Below are positions 1 through 9,595 of a DNA stretch of 64,000 nucleotides, piece by piece. Location of the stretch: IMG/VR virus record IMGVR_UViG_3300020473_000010, positions 62,001-126,000 of that record. One strand, given 5' to 3'. A program made the position numbers and the translations under genes. The notes below the pieces were generated by a model. It saw nothing but the letters and a program-made list of their open reading frames with translations. It searched no databases and was not told the DNA's origin. How positions within the stretch are numbered: position 1 is the first letter of the stretch; each line of letters opens with the position of its first letter.

Positions 1-1096
1 TTTGATGACTGGTAATTGATGCCGCGGCATCAAATTTACTTCCAAATATTTGAGCAGCAGGTATAAATTCTGTACCTTTATCTGCCCAAATCATCCAACC
101 TTTTCCCCCAAGTCTTACAGCATAAAATTTAGCCCCTTTATACTCATCTGGGATTTTTTCATCATTTATTACAGGAATTTCTTCCCAAATACATGGGACT
201 GTGCCGGTCTTTTTTATTGTAAATCTTCTTGTACTGGCAAAATCTCCAACTATTTGACCAGAAATACAACCTACTAAAACACCTGAAGCTCTTTGTTTTT
301 TAATGCACAACCCTAATAAAGGACCTAAAAACACTGGGGATGAATCAACGCCGTGATTTTGGGTTAAAGAACCCTTAACGGAATAAAATTGATTACCGCC
401 AATAAGGCCGTCGGCAAACATTGCATCCGGTGCATTTCCACCGCCTGTTGGGACAAGATTAACATTTATAGCATCAAATACATTCTGAGCTAAATCTTCA
501 AATAAATCTCCGGTTGCGCCTTTATTTCCGACGAAACTATAAACCATATTTGAAAAAGATTGTAGATCATCTCTTAATTTTGTGTCTGTTTTCCCAGTGT
601 TTTTATTGACTGAAGTTCCATCCCAACTAGGGGATATTCCAATTAAATTTCCTTGTTTAGGAAGATAAAAAGCTTCTTTTCCAATTTTGATTACCGCATG
701 AGTTCTTTTACCAGATTTACCTGATCGAGCAGGAGTTGATCTTGAAGAAGATCCAGTACTTGCTGAAAAATCTGCAAATTGGTTTTTGAATGTTTCTAAT
801 GAATTTAAATCAGAATCTGAAAAAACATGGTTTCCTGATTTTTTTAATTTTCCGATTTTTGATCTAGATCTACTAACTCCATTTTTGGCCATAGATTTGA
901 GATCTTTAATATCAAATTTGGTTACGCCAGGTTCAATTCTAGATAACTTAGTTCTTTTTGGCAGGTCTTTAAACCCTAGTTGGTCAAGCTTGTCTCTTAA
1001 ATCATCGTTTTCTAACGAAGATAAACCTTCTGGATCAGATCGAAAATCATACTCTGATAACAAACGTTTTAAACTATATTTTTTCTGTTTAGACAT
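1..1096 (-). CDS. Partial ORF (>=365 aa, runs off window) with putative PD-(D/E)XK nuclease-like region; not in supplied track
   Basis: Hand translation from ATG 1096 is open to base 1: MSKQKKYSLKRLLSE...GDLFEDLAQ...NAPDAMF...FYSVKGS; ATG directly follows the TAG of the upstream gene. Confidence 0.75.
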   Translation of the reverse strand, partial: MSKQKKYSLKRLLSEYDFRSDPEGLSSLENDDLRDKLDQLGFKDLPKRTKLSRIEPGVTKFDIKDLKSMAKNGVSRSRSKIGKLKKSGNHVFSDSDLNSLETFKNQFADFSASTGSSSRSTPARSGKSGKRTHAVIKIGKEAFYLPKQGNLIGISPSWDGTSVNKNTGKTDTKLRDDLQSFSNMVYSFVGNKGATGDLFEDLAQNVFDAINVNLVPTGGGNAPDAMFADGLIGGNQFYSVKGSLTQNHGVDSSPVFLGPLLGLCIKKQRASGVLVGCISGQIVGDFASTRRFTIKKTGTVPCIWEEIPVINDEKIPDEYKGAKFYAVRLGGKGWMIWADKGTEFIPAAQIFGSKFDAAASITSHQ

Positions 1097-1288
1097 CTAA
1101 TTCTCCTTGAGAGGCCATATCATTTCCGAAGATATGCGTTGTAGTTTTCCATTCACAAGAATAATCCATTCTTCAGCTCCCCAGCCAAACCCATAAACAC
1201 ATTGAATAATTATACCAATCGCAACATTATTCCTGGGTAAATCTAATACTGAACCAATTCTAACTAAATCACCAGTATCTAGTATCAT
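1097..1288 (-). CDS. Small SH3/KOW-like beta protein
   Basis: MILDTGDLVRIG...GIII...WIILVNGK; start 1288 overlaps upstream TGA. Confidence 0.6.
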   Translation of the reverse strand: MILDTGDLVRIGSVLDLPRNNVAIGIIIQCVYGFGWGAEEWIILVNGKLQRISSEMIWPLKEN

Positions 1289-1494
1289 ACAGGCTTGGAT
1301 AATTTTTTTACCATTGTACGCAAACATTCTTGTAGTATTCCATTAGATAATACTATATATTTCTTTTTTGTTTTGTGTCCTATGATAACCCCAATCTTCC
1401 ATAAATTACCAGCATCTTCTGGTTTCATCAGAAGCGCAATAGGAACTTCTGTCCAGTAAATTAATTCTCCTATTTCATGGCAGGCTGGATCCAT
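1285..1494 (-). CDS. Small SH3/KOW-like beta protein
   Basis: IGELIYW...IGVII...YIVLSNG pattern. Confidence 0.6.
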   Translation of the reverse strand: MDPACHEIGELIYWTEVPIALLMKPEDAGNLWKIGVIIGHKTKKKYIVLSNGILQECLRTMVKKLSKPV

Positions 1495-1709
1495 TCTCCC
1501 TCCTTGTCACAAATTGGGTTTATAACTTGGATGTGTATCGACTGTAGGATACCATCAAACATGATATCCCACCATGCACCTTTAAATTCAGAATGAGGAC
1601 TTTCCCGGATTACTAATCCGTAGCTACAATTTGCACGAACTCCTGGACCTCTAACTTTCATTGCTGGTACTGCGACTAAGTCACCCTCCCTTGGAAACCA
1701 TCTAGACAT
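1470..1709 (-). CDS. Small SH3/KOW-like beta protein
   Basis: EGDLVAV...YGLVI...WDIMFDG. Confidence 0.6.
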   Translation of the reverse strand: MSRWFPREGDLVAVPAMKVRGPGVRANCSYGLVIRESPHSEFKGAWWDIMFDGILQSIHIQVINPICDKEGEWIQPAMK

Positions 1710-1912
1710 AAGTGTTTGTTATACCATTTAAGTTGTTTAAGATGCGATGCATCAACTTCAACTAACTTTCCTCGTAACAAAACTGACCAAGAGACCATGA
1801 CGCTGTCATCCAAATTTGTTTTTTCCATGCAAACTACTAAACCAAAACCCGGCGATACATTTTGCATAAACAAGCCCCTTTTAACCCAAACTAATTCACC
1901 AACCGAAAACAC
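1676..1912 (-). CDS. Small SH3/KOW-like beta protein
   Basis: FSVGELVWV...GFGLVV...WSVLLRG. Confidence 0.6.
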   Translation of the reverse strand: MFSVGELVWVKRGLFMQNVSPGFGLVVCMEKTNLDDSVMVSWSVLLRGKLVEVDASHLKQLKWYNKHLCLDGFQGRVT

Positions 1913-1935
1913 ACAGCAAACCTCTTAAAATGACG

Positions 1936-2136
1936 TTAAATCAAAATAAATGATTCACGTATTAACGAAACTGTGGAACCGCCAATGAGAGCCTTGTATA
2001 AACACGGATCATGATTGCTGTTTTCCCAAACCTCCTCAAACTTAAAATCAACTGAAACTATGACGCCGATGCTTCCATTATTCAACTTAATCAGCTGACC
2101 AGGCTTTAAAATTTTGTACACCTTTTCTGTCGCCAT
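1936..2136 (-). CDS. Small SH3/KOW-like beta protein
   Basis: LKPGQLIKL...IGVIV...YKALIGG; likely start ATG 2136. Confidence 0.6.
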   Translation of the reverse strand: MATEKVYKILKPGQLIKLNNGSIGVIVSVDFKFEEVWENSNHDPCLYKALIGGSTVSLIRESFILI

Positions 2137-2177
2137 AATAATACTTATATATACTAACAAGAATTTGGAGCATAATT

Positions 2178-3113
2178 ATGGGTTTAACAAGAAGAGAAAG
2201 GAAATTAATTCTTTCTGCAAACCGTCTTTTTGAAGTTGCATCTGAAGTAGAAATTGAATTACCTCGTGTAATTGAAAGACCTGAACTTCATGTTTTTGAT
2301 TTTGATGAAACTCTTGCTTTTCCACCTGAAGCAATATACAAATTGTATCTAGGATACTACATGGGAAAAGAACACGGTTTTATTGCTGCTAGTCCCTCTA
2401 TAGTAAAAGATGCTTTATCGATTTTGCTAGCAATTGGAGTAGAACCAATTGAAACTCTCCAAGAGCCAAACTCTGAATTCGGGCCAACTACAGTTTTGCA
2501 TTTGGACTATAAAGGTTATGAAACCGCAAGAGAAAAAATAAATTCAGAATTTAGAAATCAAGTTTTGGGACCTTCTTTACCAACAAAATTAAAAAGTGGG
2601 AAATGGAAGAAAATGGTTTCGGTTTATTATCAGTTTCCGGAAGCCCATGAATTAAGCCCTGAATTATATCAGCCATTACCAGCAACGGAAATCATGAAAG
2701 AAAAAATCCTAGCCGGACACCACGTTTATATTTGTACAGCCCGGGCCGGAAATGAAAACATAGAAAATATAATGGATTTTCTTAAATTTAACAAGATAAA
2801 AATCCCAAAAGAAAATATTTTTGCAGTTGGAAGTGAAAATAAAAGTAATACTATCAATCGATTAATTGAATTGCATAACACTGAAGATGTCTTCTTTTAT
2901 GATGACAGTTCAAAAAATGTCTTAAACGTTATGGATGATTGCTGTTCTGCTGCACAGAAATTAACTGTTATAAAATATTCTAGAAAAACTCCTGGGGCCA
3001 TTGATTCTACAACTGTTTGTGGGATCAAAACTGAAAATAAAAAACGGAACAACAGATATTTATCTGAGTCCCGTTCTGTGTTTAGGAAGTGGAGAAAAAT
3101 GAGCGGAATTTAA
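2178..3113 (+). CDS. HAD-family phosphatase (RNA-repair-type HAD-like)
   Basis: HVFDFDETL, ICTAR, K, FYDDS HAD motifs; C-terminal RKWRKMSGI. Confidence 0.7.
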   Translation: MGLTRRERKLILSANRLFEVASEVEIELPRVIERPELHVFDFDETLAFPPEAIYKLYLGYYMGKEHGFIAASPSIVKDALSILLAIGVEPIETLQEPNSEFGPTTVLHLDYKGYETAREKINSEFRNQVLGPSLPTKLKSGKWKKMVSVYYQFPEAHELSPELYQPLPATEIMKEKILAGHHVYICTARAGNENIENIMDFLKFNKIKIPKENIFAVGSENKSNTINRLIELHNTEDVFFYDDSSKNVLNVMDDCCSAAQKLTVIKYSRKTPGAIDSTTVCGIKTENKKRNNRYLSESRSVFRKWRKMSGI

Positions 3114-3733
3114 AAGAGGCCTTTAAAGATCCCTTTGAGAGTAGAGCCGGCTTTTTTCATTGCTCCTTTGAATTCACTTTCTTCTTCTGGATAATCAATA
3201 TCTGTAAACTGTGCAGAAGAATCAGCATTAGTAACTGTTTCATCGAAATTTCCTCTTTGTTTTAAAAATTCTTCAAAAACCGAATTGACATCTCCTTCGT
3301 TTTCTTTTATAGTTCCTGTTTTTCCTTCTAACCAACCTGGAAACCATTCGATAAATTCTTTTTCTAGTTTATCATCAACCAATTCTTTGTAACCATCATC
3401 TATATGGAATAATCCTAATAATTGGTTTCCATCGGCCGCACTGTCATCGGCATTTCTTGCTGCTTTTGTTGCGTCATATGCGTCTTTTACTTTTCCACCT
3501 AAAGAAATTCCGTCAGCAAACAGTTTTACTCCTGGCAGATATTCTAAAACGTTTTTAATAACTTTTCCAGTTGCTTCTCCACGTTGTTCGATATCTTTTA
3601 GCTCTTCAGCTTTGACGGCTAAGGCTAAAATCGTTTTCATTTCTTCCCATTTAGTTACTTTTCTTTCTTTTAATAAAGAAGAAATTTTAGTTTCTAAAAG
3701 GAATTTATTCCATTCTTTTTTTGCTGAATACAT
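3110..3733 (-). CDS. Hypothetical protein with propeptide-like leader
   Basis: 207 aa ORF, GGAG RBS, N-terminus KKEWNKFLLE. Confidence 0.75.
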   Translation of the reverse strand: MYSAKKEWNKFLLETKISSLLKERKVTKWEEMKTILALAVKAEELKDIEQRGEATGKVIKNVLEYLPGVKLFADGISLGGKVKDAYDATKAARNADDSAADGNQLLGLFHIDDGYKELVDDKLEKEFIEWFPGWLEGKTGTIKENEGDVNSVFEEFLKQRGNFDETVTNADSSAQFTDIDYPEEESEFKGAMKKAGSTLKGIFKGLF

Positions 3734-3742
3734 AATGTCTCC

Positions 3743-3937
3743 TTAATCAACTCTCATAACATCACCGATCTCTTCTTCGGTTTGAGTTCCATCATTCCAC
3801 TGAATAAGTATGCGCCAGCTGTTGCTAGCACTTCCTCCAGTGAAATATGTTTTTATCTTAATAGGAACTAGATGAATTACTTTCCCTTCTTTTCCAATAT
3901 TGTGGAACAAACTTACTTTATCGCCAACTTTGATCAT
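3743..3937 (-). CDS. Small SH3-like protein
   Basis: MIKVGDKV...GKVI...ILIQWNDG; GGAG RBS. Confidence 0.7.
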   Translation of the reverse strand: MIKVGDKVSLFHNIGKEGKVIHLVPIKIKTYFTGGSASNSWRILIQWNDGTQTEEEIGDVMRVD

Positions 3938-3950
3938 TTTATCTCCTAAA

Positions 3951-4331
3951 TTAAATTATTTCGTCAGTATTGAATGCTTTTACTACGCCAGTTTCCATAG
4001 CAATCTGAAACATATCTGCTAATGCCAAAGCAAAACTTTGAGGACAGCCTACTCCAATTTGTCTCATGAGAGGCCGTATAGATTCTAAAACTTCGTGTGG
4101 ATTATTGCAGATAATTTCTGCACTTTTGGAATAGCTATCAGGACACATCGCGGCATCGACATTGTTTAAATTTAAAACTTCTGATTTGAGATTTATTGGA
4201 AGTTCTGGCTGATACATTCCGTCGCCGTATACCGAATAATCTTCTTCTTCGCACCCACATTCTTGTAATAATTGGCGTTGATAATCTCTCCACCATTTAT
4301 GAACATCGTCTCTTCCCCATTTTGCGCTCAT
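3951..4331 (-). CDS. Hypothetical protein
   Basis: 126 aa ORF coupled to upstream gene (ATGA overlap). Confidence 0.7.
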   Translation of the reverse strand: MSAKWGRDDVHKWWRDYQRQLLQECGCEEEDYSVYGDGMYQPELPINLKSEVLNLNNVDAAMCPDSYSKSAEIICNNPHEVLESIRPLMRQIGVGCPQSFALALADMFQIAMETGVVKAFNTDEII

Positions 4332-5314
4332 TTTCTTTCTCCATCGTTTAATCCTAATACTTCTCTGCCATTATGGACTGCAATATTAATTATTTCTTCT
4401 TCGTCATAAATCCTACATGCATCAATTAAAAGTCTTAATTCATTAACAATGTCTCCATCGCAATAAGGCTTGTATAAATCACAAATGTTATCCGACCCTA
4501 TAGCAACACGCAGTCCTCTATTTAGTAATTCATCTACTGGTGTGATCGAATTGTGAATTGGGGCTAATATTTCCGACCTTTTGTGATCAATCCATGCTGA
4601 TGGACAGCAGATAAATGTAAGATCTGCATCGATACACATTTTATATACTTCTTCTCGGTATGTTTTTGGATGACATGCTAAACTTATTGAATGTATTGCC
4701 GTTACTCTGCTTTCTAATCCATGTTCCATGGTTTTTCTAGCTAATAATTCTGTCTCTCTTTCAAACGGGCGGTTATTTTGATCAACATGAACATGTAATC
4801 GTTTTCCAGTTTGTTTTGCCCAATCCATTACTACATCTAGATGTGCAGCTTCTTTTCCAGAATCGGCGCCGGGGAGAGAACCTATAATATCAATAGAATC
4901 AATTACGGTTTCTAAAAGATTTCTTGGTTCTTTTTCTAAAACGCCTTTTAAAGTTTGGCAAGCTATAATTAATTTTATTTCATCGAATTCTAAATCTTCT
5001 TTTGCTATTGTTGCTCCTGTAAGAGCAGTATAGTGAACTACAGGATCAATATCAATAAAGCTACAAACAACTTGAGAATTATAAAATTTTTGAGCCATTA
5101 AAGCATTTTTAATTCTATCTCTATATTCCATGACAGAACAGGTTCGCTTCATTTCATCTATTAGAAACCATTTATCTTGTAAATGACTATTTGTTTTTTC
5201 TAGAGTTTCTCTTGTTATGGTGTAAGCCCTGTCTAAATGTGAATGTGCATTAACATATCCTCCTTCTAGAAGAATTCTGTTAATGACATCAGACAAAGGG
5301 TTAGAATGTGTCAT
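4328..5314 (-). CDS. Metal-dependent amidohydrolase, cytosine deaminase (CodA)-like
   Basis: NAHSHLD, HVHVD, AIHS, IGSDN; likely start ATG 5314 after GAGG. Confidence 0.8.
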   Translation of the reverse strand: MTHSNPLSDVINRILLEGGYVNAHSHLDRAYTITRETLEKTNSHLQDKWFLIDEMKRTCSVMEYRDRIKNALMAQKFYNSQVVCSFIDIDPVVHYTALTGATIAKEDLEFDEIKLIIACQTLKGVLEKEPRNLLETVIDSIDIIGSLPGADSGKEAAHLDVVMDWAKQTGKRLHVHVDQNNRPFERETELLARKTMEHGLESRVTAIHSISLACHPKTYREEVYKMCIDADLTFICCPSAWIDHKRSEILAPIHNSITPVDELLNRGLRVAIGSDNICDLYKPYCDGDIVNELRLLIDACRIYDEEEIINIAVHNGREVLGLNDGERK

Positions 5315-5322
5315 ATAATACC

Positions 5323-5505
5323 TCAATAATCCGGAAAATCGCCGTCCAATCTTTTCCACGATATCCAAAGCCAGCTACTTATAATTAACACACCAAATAA
5401 GAAAAACCAAAAATAATTTCCCGGAAAAGATAAAGAAAAACCGCTGGTAATTAAATAGCCAAATCCTGTACCTAGTAAAAATTCTTTTGTCTTAAATTTA
5501 TCCAT
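5323..5505 (-). CDS. Small two-TM membrane protein
   Basis: Two hydrophobic segments, coupled ORF. Confidence 0.6.
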   Translation of the reverse strand: MDKFKTKEFLLGTGFGYLITSGFSLSFPGNYFWFFLFGVLIISSWLWISWKRLDGDFPDY

Positions 5506-6196
5506 GCTTTGACCACCAAGCTGGTACTTGAATTATTTCTTCCCAGCCCTCATCTAATGTTGGGGGCTCATATCCACTTATCATTCTGTCAATGGCTTCT
5601 GGAGGGATTGTTTTCTTTCTTCCGGTTGTTTCGAAACGTTTTTTAGCTCTAGCCGCTACTGAATCTTTCAAAAAATCAATTTGATTATTCCAGTCAAACA
5701 CAACAGCGATCAATTCATGATCCGGAGCATCTAAAGAATTAATTATTCTTTCTCTTCCTGATTTGTTCATGTTTGTCATGTCAACAATTATTGGTCTTCC
5801 GGATGATTTTGCCTCGACGATTGTTTTTTCATGTTCTGACAAAGCTGTAGCTTGAGCTGTGGCAACTTTATCCCAAACTTTTGGTTCCCAAGTTTTCCAT
5901 TCCAAAGGTTGATCGATCATTTCCCCATATTTTTCACTATATTGAGTTTCTGAATATCCTTTTTCTCCAGGTTGGATTGGTTTAGCAAACATATCGTCAT
6001 AATCAAACCCATGAGCATCTCCAGCCGCATCGGTTCTATCATCCATACTAATAATATATGGGTTTTTTATACCAAATTTGGGACCTTCTTTTTTTAACCA
6101 GGTTGATTTTCCTACCCCGGGAGGTCCTATTAAAAAAAATATTTTTAAATGAGATATTTCTTCTTTTAGTATTCTTTTCCAATTTGCTCCAAACAT
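5498..6196 (-). CDS. P-loop kinase, polynucleotide-kinase/AAA_33-like
   Basis: GPPGVGKST Walker A, IIVDMTNMNKSGR, PPTLDEGW; likely start 6196 (MFGANWKRILKEE). Confidence 0.8.
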   Translation of the reverse strand: MFGANWKRILKEEISHLKIFFLIGPPGVGKSTWLKKEGPKFGIKNPYIISMDDRTDAAGDAHGFDYDDMFAKPIQPGEKGYSETQYSEKYGEMIDQPLEWKTWEPKVWDKVATAQATALSEHEKTIVEAKSSGRPIIVDMTNMNKSGRERIINSLDAPDHELIAVVFDWNNQIDFLKDSVAARAKKRFETTGRKKTIPPEAIDRMISGYEPPTLDEGWEEIIQVPAWWSKHG

Positions 6197-6236
6197 ATTT
6201 CTTTCCTTTGGCTGTAATATTCTTATATAATTTAAC

Positions 6237-6665
6237 CTACATATTGTCAATATACACGGATTTTGAGTATTTTTCAATTATTATTAAATCTTCTAAATTA
6301 AAATCTTTTCCTTCTCCATTAGTCATTACTTTCCCGCGAGGAGGATTTCCTGGAATACTTTGAATTGAAACTAATATTCCAATTACTTTTTTAGGCGCCT
6401 GTTGGTATCCATGAGAATAGTGCATTACTAAATCACCAATCTCTGCCAACTCAAATCGTAGGTCGTTTTTTATATTACTAACATCAATGTATTGGCAAGA
6501 TTCTTTCGAAACTCTTATATGCGATTTCCAAAAACTATCTATTGGTTCAACAATTAAATCAAAAAGAGCAATTTCAATAACTCTACCTAATTTAAAATCG
6601 TAAACCTTTCCTTTGTTGTCTTTAGTAGATCCAACTAAGCAAACAACATCATTTATTTTATACAT
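6237..6665 (-). CDS. Hypothetical protein, tandem SH3-like repeats
   Basis: INDVVC...GRVI and IGDLVM...IGIL units. Confidence 0.65.
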   Translation of the reverse strand: MYKINDVVCLVGSTKDNKGKVYDFKLGRVIEIALFDLIVEPIDSFWKSHIRVSKESCQYIDVSNIKNDLRFELAEIGDLVMHYSHGYQQAPKKVIGILVSIQSIPGNPPRGKVMTNGEGKDFNLEDLIIIEKYSKSVYIDNM

Positions 6666-6692
6666 ACATTTATAAGTATATAAAAAACAAAA

Positions 6693-6765
6693 AGCTCTCG
6701 ATAGGATTCGAACCTACGACCGGCTGATTACAAATCAGCTGCTCTACCAACTGAGCTACGAGAGC
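6693..6765 (-). tRNA. tRNA-Thr (UGU)
   Basis: GCTCTCGTAGCTCAGTTGGTAGAGCA-GCTGA TTTGTAA TCAGC-CGGTCGTAGGTTCGAATCCTATCGAGAGC; CCA not encoded. Confidence 0.95.
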
Positions 6766-6777
6766 AAAAAATAATTT

Positions 6778-7221
6778 TTAAGTTATTCCAAAACCGTCAT
6801 CATCCCATGATGTTCCAAATTCTGGACCTCCATGAACTAGTCCTCCTGCTGGTTTTAATATAGATGATTTATTTCCATGCCAAGCTGCTGTTAATCCAAT
6901 TGTTCCTAATATTGATCTAGCAAATATTTCCATATGTTCTGTTTCCATATCAGAAATATATGACAATGATTTAAATTCAATTATTCCTTTTCTTACAAAA
7001 ATAATACAAATTGGATTTCCATGAAGATCTTCTATTAATATTCCGTCTATATCTCCAGTAGCAAATATTTTTCCCTTTGGGTCTTGGGATAAAGTTTCAG
7101 CCAGAGTTTTTGCAAATTCGTTTCTTTCATCATCTTCGTTAATATCGGTTTTTATTCCATTAACAGCGCAATTTATAATGAACGCTCTTACTTTTCCATT
7201 TTCTAAATCAGAATTGTCCAT
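6778..7221 (-). CDS. Hypothetical protein
   Basis: 147 aa ORF with AAGGA RBS. Confidence 0.7.
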   Translation of the reverse strand: MDNSDLENGKVRAFIINCAVNGIKTDINEDDERNEFAKTLAETLSQDPKGKIFATGDIDGILIEDLHGNPICIIFVRKGIIEFKSLSYISDMETEHMEIFARSILGTIGLTAAWHGNKSSILKPAGGLVHGGPEFGTSWDDDGFGIT

Positions 7222-7259
7222 CTTTCCTTCTCGTTTAACTTTTTATTATTGTATATCAG

Positions 7260-7961
7260 TTAATCATCATGTTCAGAATTTTTTGATTTTAATTTTATTT
7301 CATTGAGATAATTTTTTAATCTTACTTGAGGACCGTTTATCATAACATATGTTGCATGCTCAACCCAATCTCCGGTATTAACATATGTTCGTATTTTTTC
7401 GTTTTCGTCGATCCAGATCATTGCTTCCGGGGTATGAGTATGGCCCATGATAAAAACATCGGTATCACCGCTATATTTCATAATATCTCTAACATATTTA
7501 ATTCTTTTCTTTCTGGTTTTAAACCAATCATAAAATTTGTTAGAATTCCAGTTAAATACTCTTTCTAAAACGTCACCAATTAAAGCAACTATTTTCATTA
7601 TAAATCTTTTTTGCAGAATCCCACCTTCATGTTGGTCTCCGTGTTCAATTGCAAATGATCTTCCGCTTTCTTCAAATTCGTATCTTTTTGTAAAGCTTAC
7701 ATTTGCTAATGAAGAATCAATAAATGCTTCGAAGGCTCGATCATGATTTCCTACAACATAAACGATAGGTTTGTTTAATTTTCTTAAAATATCAAATATT
7801 TTCTTTGTATCTTCTGTAAATCTAGGTACTTTTAAAAATTCTATTACATCTCCCGCAAGAACCAATTCGTCATAATCTTTCTTTTCTAATAATGATATTA
7901 ACAGTTCTTCCCGGGAAAATGTAGATCCTAAATGAAGATCGGATATAACCAATCTTTTCAT
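7260..7961 (-). CDS. Calcineurin-like metallophosphoesterase (LpxH-like)
   Basis: SDLHLG, GDVIE, GNHD, HGD, GHTH. Confidence 0.85.
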   Translation of the reverse strand: MKRLVISDLHLGSTFSREELLISLLEKKDYDELVLAGDVIEFLKVPRFTEDTKKIFDILRKLNKPIVYVVGNHDRAFEAFIDSSLANVSFTKRYEFEESGRSFAIEHGDQHEGGILQKRFIMKIVALIGDVLERVFNWNSNKFYDWFKTRKKRIKYVRDIMKYSGDTDVFIMGHTHTPEAMIWIDENEKIRTYVNTGDWVEHATYVMINGPQVRLKNYLNEIKLKSKNSEHDD

Positions 7962-8656
7962 ATTAGTGACTCTAAAGTTGCTAGCGAATTATTAACCCCC
8001 GCTAGAGAAGCTGGTGGAAAATGAATAATTCCTTTGCCTCCCGATGATTCAAACATAGTTGTGTATTTTTCTCGATCATCAATTAAAATACATCTAGCTC
8101 CTGGAAAAAGGGGAGGAATTGAACTTTTGTCCTGGCGAATAAAAATTCTTTCAGGAGGAATTGGGGTATTATTAGTTAGCCAGTATTTCTTGGCTTTAAT
8201 GCTTTCATCATCAACAGGGGCTGATAAAATATAAACATTCTCTTCTCCAACTAGGTTAAAACATTGCTGGATTAATTGATCAGCCCCTGGGGCTTTTGGT
8301 AATTTTGCCCAATGATCATAATTTTTTGTTACTGGTGCAAATTGATATCTTTTTATCAATAATTCCCACTGGGTTAATTCTTCTTTTGCGTCTTTTTTTC
8401 TCATTAGTTCGCGCATGAATTCTTCTGTTATTGGAAAAACTTTGTCAATTCCTTCATAATTCCGGAGTTTTTCCAGTTTTTTTCCTCGAGATCTTGGATA
8501 TTCAATATTGCTGCTAATATCTTTATTCAAAACAGTAACCAATCCCTTTGTAAAACCTACTAATACTCCATCCATATCTAAAAAAACAATTATTCTTGAT
8601 TTAGGCTTAGACTCCATATAGTTTCTCCATGTTTCCATTAATTCTTTTGTTTTCAT
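7958..8656 (-). CDS. HAD 5'(3')-deoxyribonucleotidase-like phosphatase
   Basis: FLDMDGVL, ILSAP, LIDD; leader MKTKELMETWRNYMES. Confidence 0.8.
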   Translation of the reverse strand: MKTKELMETWRNYMESKPKSRIIVFLDMDGVLVGFTKGLVTVLNKDISSNIEYPRSRGKKLEKLRNYEGIDKVFPITEEFMRELMRKKDAKEELTQWELLIKRYQFAPVTKNYDHWAKLPKAPGADQLIQQCFNLVGEENVYILSAPVDDESIKAKKYWLTNNTPIPPERIFIRQDKSSIPPLFPGARCILIDDREKYTTMFESSGGKGIIHFPPASLAGVNNSLATLESLI

Positions 8657-9219
8657 AGGTTTATCTTTTCTCCGTTGGAAATATTGGCCAAAGAATCTCC
8701 TGGGTTTCCAGTGAGGTTTGTTAAAGATATGTGGAATATTCTATCAATTTCCTGAGGTGTTACATTAGAAATTTGTTTAATTTCTGTAGTATCAAGATTT
8801 GCTTCTAACAAAATAGTGTTTAGAAATTTACGTAGATCGGTGTGATTTTTGATTTTTATGAAAGTACTTGTTCTTCCATCTTCAGATTTAATTCCTATAT
8901 CCCCAAACTCCAAAAGAGGAGGAAGAATTGATAAAACACGGGGTGATTTAAATAATGCTTTTAACGCTTTATCTCCTCTTAGACCCTCTCGAGAAGTAAC
9001 TTTTTTTGGAACAGACTGATGTAAAAGAGTTACATGTAATTTTTCAATAGGTTTTTGGTTGGGAAACTTTTCTTGAATTGCTAGCTGTAGATCTTGAAGA
9101 AACGATATATCAGTTGGTTTAATCTGTATAATCCCAGTAAATTTTTTAGGTAAATTACTAGAAGACATTATAGACCCTTCGTTTAAAAATTTTAGCCAAG
9201 ATTCCATTATTTTTTTCAT
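8653..9219 (-). CDS. 2H phosphoesterase
   Basis: Two HxT/S motifs LHVTL and FHISL; likely start 9219 (MKKIMESWLKFLNEG). Confidence 0.75.
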   Translation of the reverse strand: MKKIMESWLKFLNEGSIMSSSNLPKKFTGIIQIKPTDISFLQDLQLAIQEKFPNQKPIEKLHVTLLHQSVPKKVTSREGLRGDKALKALFKSPRVLSILPPLLEFGDIGIKSEDGRTSTFIKIKNHTDLRKFLNTILLEANLDTTEIKQISNVTPQEIDRIFHISLTNLTGNPGDSLANISNGEKINL

Positions 9220-9297
9220 TTTTTCTCCGTTTTTTAATCTCATAATAATTTATCTTATTTTGAAACTAACTACACAGATTTATAGATTTATTTTAAA

Positions 9298-9384
9298 TGG
9301 TGCCTCAGGAGGGGCTCGAACCCTCACGCCTTTACAGGCAACGGATTTTAAGTCCGTTGTGTCTACCTATTCCACCACCAAGGC
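9298..9384 (-). tRNA. tRNA-Leu (UAA)
   Basis: GCCTTGG acceptor, ACGGA CTTAAAA TCCGT anticodon arm, long variable arm, GTTCGAG, encoded CCA. Confidence 0.95.
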
Positions 9385-9400
9385 TTACTCTTATATTTTA

Positions 9401-9595
9401 CTAGTCTTCGCAGGGTTGTTCAAAATGTTTTGCAAGATCTTTAATAATATTTGAGGCGGTACATGGAAAGAGATCAGGCCAGAAAGCATGTAAAAATACA
9501 CACAGTGCTGCTTTCTGGATTTTTGTATAATAACTTATGGCTTGTTTAAAATGGTACCAGTAAGTGAGTTTCTGTTCTTTTAAATGTTGAAACAT
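9401..9595 (-). CDS. Small conserved protein (DUF6356-like)
   Basis: HLKEQKLTYWYHF...FLHAFWPDLF...AS; likely start 9595. Confidence 0.6.
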   Translation of the reverse strand: MFQHLKEQKLTYWYHFKQAISYYTKIQKAALCVFLHAFWPDLFPCTASNIIKDLAKHFEQPCED

